64,000 nucleotides of DNA from a virus: positions 55,712-119,711 of the IMG/VR virus record IMGVR_UViG_3300044630_002434. One strand, given 5' to 3'. Of this stretch, positions 58,179 to 64,000 are shown in pieces. Position 1 is the stretch's first letter; every line of letters begins with the position of its first letter. A program made the position numbers and the translations under genes. The notes beneath the pieces were generated by a model. It saw only the letters and a list, made by a program, of their open reading frames with translations, did not search any database and had not been told where the DNA came from.

Positions 58179-61100
58179 TTATCCTAACCAACCTGACCGC
58201 CAGTAAATTTGCAGTTGCGGGGATGCCGTAATTGCGTCAGAACCGTAGTCATTGAATGTAATTGAATTATTTCCTGGTTGTAGATATATCCAGTCTACAA
58301 CAGGGTCTAGTAATCCTCTAGAACTTCCTGTTTGCTCCCCATTAGTAAAATCACCTTTATGTACCTCACGAATTTTAGTGTCAATATCTAAGTACTCTAA
58401 AAGCGATGTATTATTTTCATCTGGTAGTAGAACCTGAAGAGTTCCTGAAATTGGAGCAATAATTGTCATAACTTGCCTAGTGGTGTTGTTAATTATTTCT
58501 GCTGGACCAAATAGAGGACCGACAACTCTAAAGTAGCAATAAACATTTGAAGTTCCACTGTTTATGACTGTTGTAGATGCCGAGATACCAGTTTTACCTG
58601 CATTTAAATCGTAGTCTCTATCGTACTCTCTAAATTTTTCTATGTCCGTTGTATCGTAGTCTGTGTTACCGTACTTGTCATACGTTTCAGCATAAATACT
58701 TGGATAACCAAACTCGCCAATAGTTTTGATGTTATAACCGTTTGCAACTGCTTGAGTCCCTACAGGAACATTGTCTGCTGTTCCTTCAATCCATTCATAT
58801 TTAATAGGGTCAGCAGCCTTAAGACCGATTGAAAACTCAATACGACCTCTATTATTAACTGTACTAATGTTTGGTCTACCGCTCAATCTTACAAAGCAAG
58901 CACGCTTATAATTGTCTTCATCTACAACAAACCACGTACCACGTCTAACTAAATTAAATGCAGAAAGAAGTTTTTGTCTAGCAGATGCACTAGCAGCAGC
59001 AATCCCACCACGAGAGGAATCTGTCACAAGAACAGAACCGTTAATAGTTATTACTCTTGCAGCACTACGACCAGAAACATCAAAAGAACCATCACCAAAG
59101 CCTCGTTCGATATCAGGAATCTGAGGCTCGGGAAGATTCCACCAACCATCAATATCCGAGATTACCCAAACTAGACCGTCAGAGTCGATAGTGTTAAATG
59201 TTAAATAGTCAACTTGGTTTTCAAGGAGAACTCTTATATCGCCAGCAAGTTTTGGACCAAAGTTATATCGGTCCTGCTCCGCGTGTATAGGTGTAAGACC
59301 TTTATTAATAACACTAAGAACGTAGTCCCGCGAAGATGGGGTACCAGACACGGCAACAGAGCGAGCACTAGCACCTATTTTATTTATTGCTCTTACAGTT
59401 ACAGAATATAAAGTACCATTTGTCAGACCCGTAGCACGAAGGGTGTTAGTTTCAAAGTAACTAGAGTATGTAACCCCAGCATCCAAGGAGTATTGGTAGT
59501 AAACAATAGGGCTTCCACCGTTGTTTAGAGGTGGGGTTACGGAAATAATTAAAGCATTATCAGAGGGAGACACGCTAAGAATTGAAGGAGCATTAGGTAC
59601 TGTTGCTGGAATTGCTTCTACAGCATTAGATGGCTCGCCAAATGCAGCAAAAGTCGATGCTCTAATTGTTACTAAATATGTAACTCCATTAGATAAACCA
59701 GATATAACTATAGGAGCAGTAGAAACACTTAATGAGGTAGTAGATGTTGAAGAAGGGTCTACAGGGTATACAAAAGTCCAAGTATTATTTCCATCAAGTG
59801 AGTACTGATAGTTAGTAATAGTGTTAGTGCCGTCGTAGGTAGGCGGAGTAAAAACTACAGTAAGAGAGCCATTTCCTGAAGCAATAGACGTAATTGTCGG
59901 AGGGCTTGGAACATTAGAAGGAGTTCCAGCAACACCGTTAGAGGAAAGACCTGAACCAACGCTATTTATTGCTCTTATGTATACGGTATATTCGACTTGG
60001 CTCTCAAGACCAGTGATTCTTACAGGTGTAGTAGTATCTGTAGGACTAAAAGCATCCCACACCCCCGATGTGGATGTAGGGCTTGTACCTAATGTTAAAG
60101 AACCATTAGAAGCAACATAAGCAATAGTGTATGTTACAGAACTAGGTACCGATAAAACTACATAATCTTTAATTTCTACGTCTGCAGTTAAATTGTATGT
60201 GGACGCAGAAACTCCAGCAACCATTCCATGTGCCGTAGCAGTAGTTATTGTTGCAATGTTGCTAGAGACAGTGGCAGAAGAAATTACTACTGTTGCTGAG
60301 GTGTATGAGTACGCATAGTTTGATATAGCGTTCCCACCAGTAGAGGTAGGAGCAATAAAGTTTACATCTAAGTAGTCACCACCTCTACTAACTGAGGTAA
60401 TAATAGGAGTAGTAGGAACACCAGGCTTTACTAAAATACCTGTAGAAGCATCTCCAGCATCCCCTGACGAGTTAACAGCGCGAAGTTTTACAACGTATGC
60501 AACATTGTTTGTAAGACCAGTAATTGTCACGGGACTAGTAGTGTTTGCTGGACTAAATGCTGTAAATGTTAGACCGTCATCCAAAGAGTATTCGTAGTTT
60601 GCTACCCACTCAGGGTAAGTAGTCGGAGCATTAAAAGTCAGTGTTATTTCTGTGTCACCGTGAGAAGCGCTAGTGATTGAAGGGGCAGATGGAGTTTGTT
60701 CTTGGTGGTATATATACGTAGCGCCGTTACCGCTATTAGGCGATGTATCTTCATCTGGAGCACCAACAAAAAAAGTCAAACCATCGTCAGACACAGCAAC
60801 TGAAACACCAAGGGAATCACTTGTTGCTGGGTCTGATGCTAAAAGTTTTTGTTGCTGTGTCCATACACCTGCTGAGCGGGTGAATACATATGCAGCGCCA
60901 TTGTCTGTATTAGGGGAGGTGTCTTCGGCATCGGCACCGATAAGGGCTACATTTCCGTCTGCGGATATAGAAACTGAAACACCTAAAGTTTCATTTGATG
61001 CAGCGTCTGATGCTAGGATTTTTTGTTGTTGGGTCCATGTAGAACCTGAGCGGGTGAATACATATGCAGCGCCATTGTTTGTGTTTGGGGATGTGTCTTC

Positions 61101-61925
61101 ACTTGGAGCACCAATAATTGCAGTTAGACCATCTGAAGATAGAGACACCGAGTAACCAAAACTGTCGAGTGTTGCTGGGTCTGATGCTAAAAGTTTTTGT
61201 TGTTGAGTCCATGTACCTGCTGTGCGGGTAAATACGTAGACTGCGCCGTTGCCTGTGTTAGGGGAGGTGTCCTCACCACTAGCACTAATTAAGGCTGTAT
61301 TACCGTCTGATGAAAGGGCGACCCCCCAGCCAAAAAAATCATCTGTTGCGGGGTCAGACGCTAGGAGTTTTTGTTGCTCAGTCCACGCGCCAGACTCATA
61401 AATAAATACGTATGCAGCGCCGTTGGTTGTGTTTGGGGATGTGTCTTCTAGGTAAGCGCCAACAATTAGTGACAATCCGTCTGCTGAGAGGGAAACTGAC
61501 CAACCAAAACGGTCACCTGTTGCAGGGTCAAATGCCGAAAGTGTCTGTTGCTGTGTCCATACACCTGCTGAGCGGGTGAATACATATGCAGCGCCTATGC
61601 TTGACGTTGCACCACCAAGGTCAGATAAAGGAGCACCAATTACTACTGTATTTCCGTCTGCTGAGATGGAGACTGATTTACCAAATCGGATGTCGTTTGA
61701 AGACTCTGATGCTAAAAGTTTTTGTTGCTCAGTCCATGTAGAACCTGAGCGAACGTAGACGTAAACTGCGCCATTGTCTAAAAAAGAATCACTATTCTCT
61801 AGGGGAGCACCAATAACTGCGGTGTTTCCATCTAGAGAAATATCAACAGAGGCTCCATAGGAATCACCAGATTCGCGGTCTGATGCTAGAAGTTTTGTTA
61901 TATAGGAGGAACTAATAAAAGTCAT
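58179..61925 (-). CDS. distal tail (Dit-like) protein with N-terminal FG-GAP propeller and FN3 domains
   Basis: 7 FG-GAP repeats, ~4 FN3 repeats (YEYSLD, GLTN...Y.V..RA.N..G); C-terminal GWW, R.ITI.G, A.DP.KY, LQPG.N. Confidence 0.82.
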   Translation of the reverse strand: MTFISSSYITKLLASDRESGDSYGASVDISLDGNTAVIGAPLENSDSFLDNGAVYVYVRSGSTWTEQQKLLASESSNDIRFGKSVSISADGNTVVIGAPLSDLGGATSSIGAAYVFTRSAGVWTQQQTLSAFDPATGDRFGWSVSLSADGLSLIVGAYLEDTSPNTTNGAAYVFIYESGAWTEQQKLLASDPATDDFFGWGVALSSDGNTALISASGEDTSPNTGNGAVYVFTRTAGTWTQQQKLLASDPATLDSFGYSVSLSSDGLTAIIGAPSEDTSPNTNNGAAYVFTRSGSTWTQQQKILASDAASNETLGVSVSISADGNVALIGADAEDTSPNTDNGAAYVFTRSAGVWTQQQKLLASDPATSDSLGVSVAVSDDGLTFFVGAPDEDTSPNSGNGATYIYHQEQTPSAPSITSASHGDTEITLTFNAPTTYPEWVANYEYSLDDGLTFTAFSPANTTSPVTITGLTNNVAYVVKLRAVNSSGDAGDASTGILVKPGVPTTPIITSVSRGGDYLDVNFIAPTSTGGNAISNYAYSYTSATVVISSATVSSNIATITTATAHGMVAGVSASTYNLTADVEIKDYVVLSVPSSVTYTIAYVASNGSLTLGTSPTSTSGVWDAFSPTDTTTPVRITGLESQVEYTVYIRAINSVGSGLSSNGVAGTPSNVPSPPTITSIASGNGSLTVVFTPPTYDGTNTITNYQYSLDGNNTWTFVYPVDPSSTSTTSLSVSTAPIVISGLSNGVTYLVTIRASTFAAFGEPSNAVEAIPATVPNAPSILSVSPSDNALIISVTPPLNNGGSPIVYYQYSLDAGVTYSSYFETNTLRATGLTNGTLYSVTVRAINKIGASARSVAVSGTPSSRDYVLSVINKGLTPIHAEQDRYNFGPKLAGDIRVLLENQVDYLTFNTIDSDGLVWVISDIDGWWNLPEPQIPDIERGFGDGSFDVSGRSAARVITINGSVLVTDSSRGGIAAASASARQKLLSAFNLVRRGTWFVVDEDNYKRACFVRLSGRPNISTVNNRGRIEFSIGLKAADPIKYEWIEGTADNVPVGTQAVANGYNIKTIGEFGYPSIYAETYDKYGNTDYDTTDIEKFREYDRDYDLNAGKTGISASTTVINSGTSNVYCYFRVVGPLFGPAEIINNTTRQVMTIIAPISGTLQVLLPDENNTSLLEYLDIDTKIREVHKGDFTNGEQTGSSRGLLDPVVDWIYLQPGNNSITFNDYGSDAITASPQLQIYWRSGWLG
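60830..60926. repeat. 97-nt exact direct repeat, copy 2
   Basis: Identical to 40591..40687. Confidence 0.9.
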
Positions 61926-64000
61926 TACACGCCTCTCCTCATGGACCAAGCAATTTGACGAGATACATTATGAGCCATCTCTACTTCATCCATCCCCTGT
62001 GAAGGATACACATTTACTACAGTTGATGCTCCGCCAGCGTTAACAGAAGAAAGTTTGTTGTTAGGTATGATAGTGCCTGAAGAAGGAGCCTGGAAAAATT
62101 CTGGACCTTTTTCTCCAACCAGGTAAGTTTTTCCTTGGCTAACTGGACCACCTAAAGCCTTAGCAGGGAGTTTAGTTACTTCAACATAGAGGGGGTCTTG
62201 GCTATTGTTGCCCTTACCAAACTTAATTGTCATTGCTTGTTCAATCTTAGCCTTAAACTCTATAACTTCGTTTCGTATTTCTTTAAATTCTCCAGTTTTT
62301 CCTTGAATAGTGCTTCTACTACCAGTACTAAGTTTTTCAAGTTCCGCTAACTGGGTCACCAACATTTGAAGGTCTCCAAGACCACTCGCTTCAAATGTTT
62401 TCTTAATTGTTGCTGGAGTTAGAGCAAGTTTATCCGCTAATCTTTCAGCCTCATCTCCAAAAATTCCAATTTTTTCAGCGCTTTCAATAAAGGCAGCCCT
62501 ACCGTCTTCCATGATTTTAGTTGTTGATGCTTGAGTACCACCAAGTTCTATGTCCTTTTTAATAGCATCAAGTACAGAAGCAGAGTAGCCATATAGAGCG
62601 TCTTCTTTTTGTTCGAGAGACAGACTTCCATCTTTTATAGTAGTGGTCAGTTTATCTGTTTCTTCTTTAAATGCCTTTGCAGCGTCTCTAGCATTAATAA
62701 GAGAACGAGCACCTTTAGTAACAATATCGAATACGTCTTCTAGTCCTTGACGAACTGTTGCTTGAATATCTTTTAGGCTTCCAAATTCTTTATAAAGATT
62801 AGCAGCAGAAGCAGCAGTCGCTTCTATCTTCTTTCTAGCCTCGTCTTGAGCAATAATTAGAGGGTCTGTGGAGTTTTCAAGGTCTTTAGTGGCTTGTCTT
62901 GCATCATTCATGTAAGGAACGTATGGGATATCCTTGAAAGGATTTAAAGAGTTTAGGGCATCAATAATTGTATTAACGCCATCAATTATTCCGTCAATAA
63001 AATTCTCAAAAGCCTTCTGTAGAGGCTCAAAACTTCCAGTTCTGATTGATTGGAATAGACCAATCCAAAGCCCTACAAAACCTTTAATGTAGTTAATAAA
63101 GATTGTAAGGTTACCAATAAAAGTTACAATAAAGAAAGTTGCTAATTTAATAAGAAAGGTATACCAAATTGTAAGTGGAGGCATGACATATTTAGCAACA
63201 AAGTCTCCCATTTTTTTGAAAATATCAGAAACATTTTCAATGTCAGGCATAAGTTTTTGAAGTGCACTTTTAATTAGTTCCCAACTTGCTACTAATTGGT
63301 CTTTAAGTGCTTTACCAAGTTCTGAAACAGCCTTTCTTAAATCTTCGCTGTTTTTGTACATCAAGTAAAAAGCACCAGCAACTACAGCAATTGCAGCGAC
63401 TACGAGTAAGACTGGCCAGGTAGCGCCAATCCAAGCAACAGCAAGACCTCTAAGAGCGCCAATAAGTTTTGGAATTGCAGTTAGTTTTGTTTTTATTCCT
63501 GTTAGGAAACCCGCAGAAGCCCCACCAGAGGCTTTAAGTGCTGCAGTTTGCATTACAATTGCTTGAGTTAGTCCAAAAGTATGAGCAGTTGCTTTAAAAG
63601 ATGCAGGCACTAGAAGAAGTAAGTTTCCAAGAAGAACTTTAAAAGCAAAACTGGCTACTGTTCCTATAAGTCCAATAGCAAGGGTTATTCCCTTAACAGC
63701 AGCCAAGAATAAGAATACTTTTTGAACTATTTCGTTACTAAAAATAGCAACTAGGATTTTTAACGCTCCATTTAAAATAGAGAAGAACATTTGAATTCCA
63801 CCAGTCTCGGTGAAAGCCTTAAGAAGTAGAGCGATGTTTACTAAAAACTCTCCAAAAACTGGACCTGTCTTGGTCAACTTGCTAAAGATGTCTGCAAAAA
63901 TAGCAGGAATAGGCTTGATTGCATCAAAGAAAGCCTTAACTCCTTCGTTACCGCTAATTTGGTAAAACATTTTTGCTACTTCGCCGAGGAAGCCACCAAT
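61925..64000 (-). CDS. tape measure protein, C-terminal part (5' end outside window)
   Basis: Frame open to the window edge; helical and hydrophobic; A.GGPV..G..YLVGE.GPE.F.P motif; precedes Dit. Confidence 0.9.
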   Translation of the reverse strand: MGGFLGEVAKMFYQISGNEGVKAFFDAIKPIPAIFADIFSKLTKTGPVFGEFLVNIALLLKAFTETGGIQMFFSILNGALKILVAIFSNEIVQKVFLFLAAVKGITLAIGLIGTVASFAFKVLLGNLLLLVPASFKATAHTFGLTQAIVMQTAALKASGGASAGFLTGIKTKLTAIPKLIGALRGLAVAWIGATWPVLLVVAAIAVVAGAFYLMYKNSEDLRKAVSELGKALKDQLVASWELIKSALQKLMPDIENVSDIFKKMGDFVAKYVMPPLTIWYTFLIKLATFFIVTFIGNLTIFINYIKGFVGLWIGLFQSIRTGSFEPLQKAFENFIDGIIDGVNTIIDALNSLNPFKDIPYVPYMNDARQATKDLENSTDPLIIAQDEARKKIEATAASAANLYKEFGSLKDIQATVRQGLEDVFDIVTKGARSLINARDAAKAFKEETDKLTTTIKDGSLSLEQKEDALYGYSASVLDAIKKDIELGGTQASTTKIMEDGRAAFIESAEKIGIFGDEAERLADKLALTPATIKKTFEASGLGDLQMLVTQLAELEKLSTGSRSTIQGKTGEFKEIRNEVIEFKAKIEQAMTIKFGKGNNSQDPLYVEVTKLPAKALGGPVSQGKTYLVGEKGPEFFQAPSSGTIIPNNKLSSVNAGGASTVVNVYPSQGMDEVEMAHNVSRQIAWSMRRGV

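Noticed and set aside
1-64000. tRNA/rRNA genes, introns, inteins, alternative genetic code
   Set aside because: No cloverleaf seen in intergenic gaps; nrdJ, polA, terL and helicases are uninterrupted; genes read normally with all three stops

Overview
64 kb of a large, AT-rich (by eye about 40% GC) tailed dsDNA phage genome. The host is probably an actinobacterium: the window carries a ClgR-like regulator, DUF3039, two WhiB genes and many leaderless promoters, and the low GC would fit freshwater Actinobacteria (inference). About 1-21 kb, mostly + strand: small accessory genes, nucleotide metabolism (class II RNR, dCMP deaminase, ThyX, PNK phosphatase), two Mom/GNAT-type putative DNA-modification enzymes, cell-wall enzymes, a serine recombinase, a secreted lectin-stalk protein and an isolated terminase. 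About 21-64 kb, mostly - strand: endolysin, primase-helicase, a replication/recombination module (PolA, RuvC-like, SNF2, Cas4-like nuclease, Sak4, SSB), then a long tail module with an embedded glycan-synthesis cluster, ending in a partial tape measure gene. No tRNA, rRNA, CRISPR array or reverse transcriptase was seen. The best candidates for new biology are a virion/surface glycan system with three paralogous beta-propeller sugar enzymes, a promoter-driven structured ncRNA with an anti-Shine-Dalgarno loop, a dual Mom-type modification system with a probable ATA start, and propeller exchange between tail genes. All family calls are from motif recognition, not database searches.
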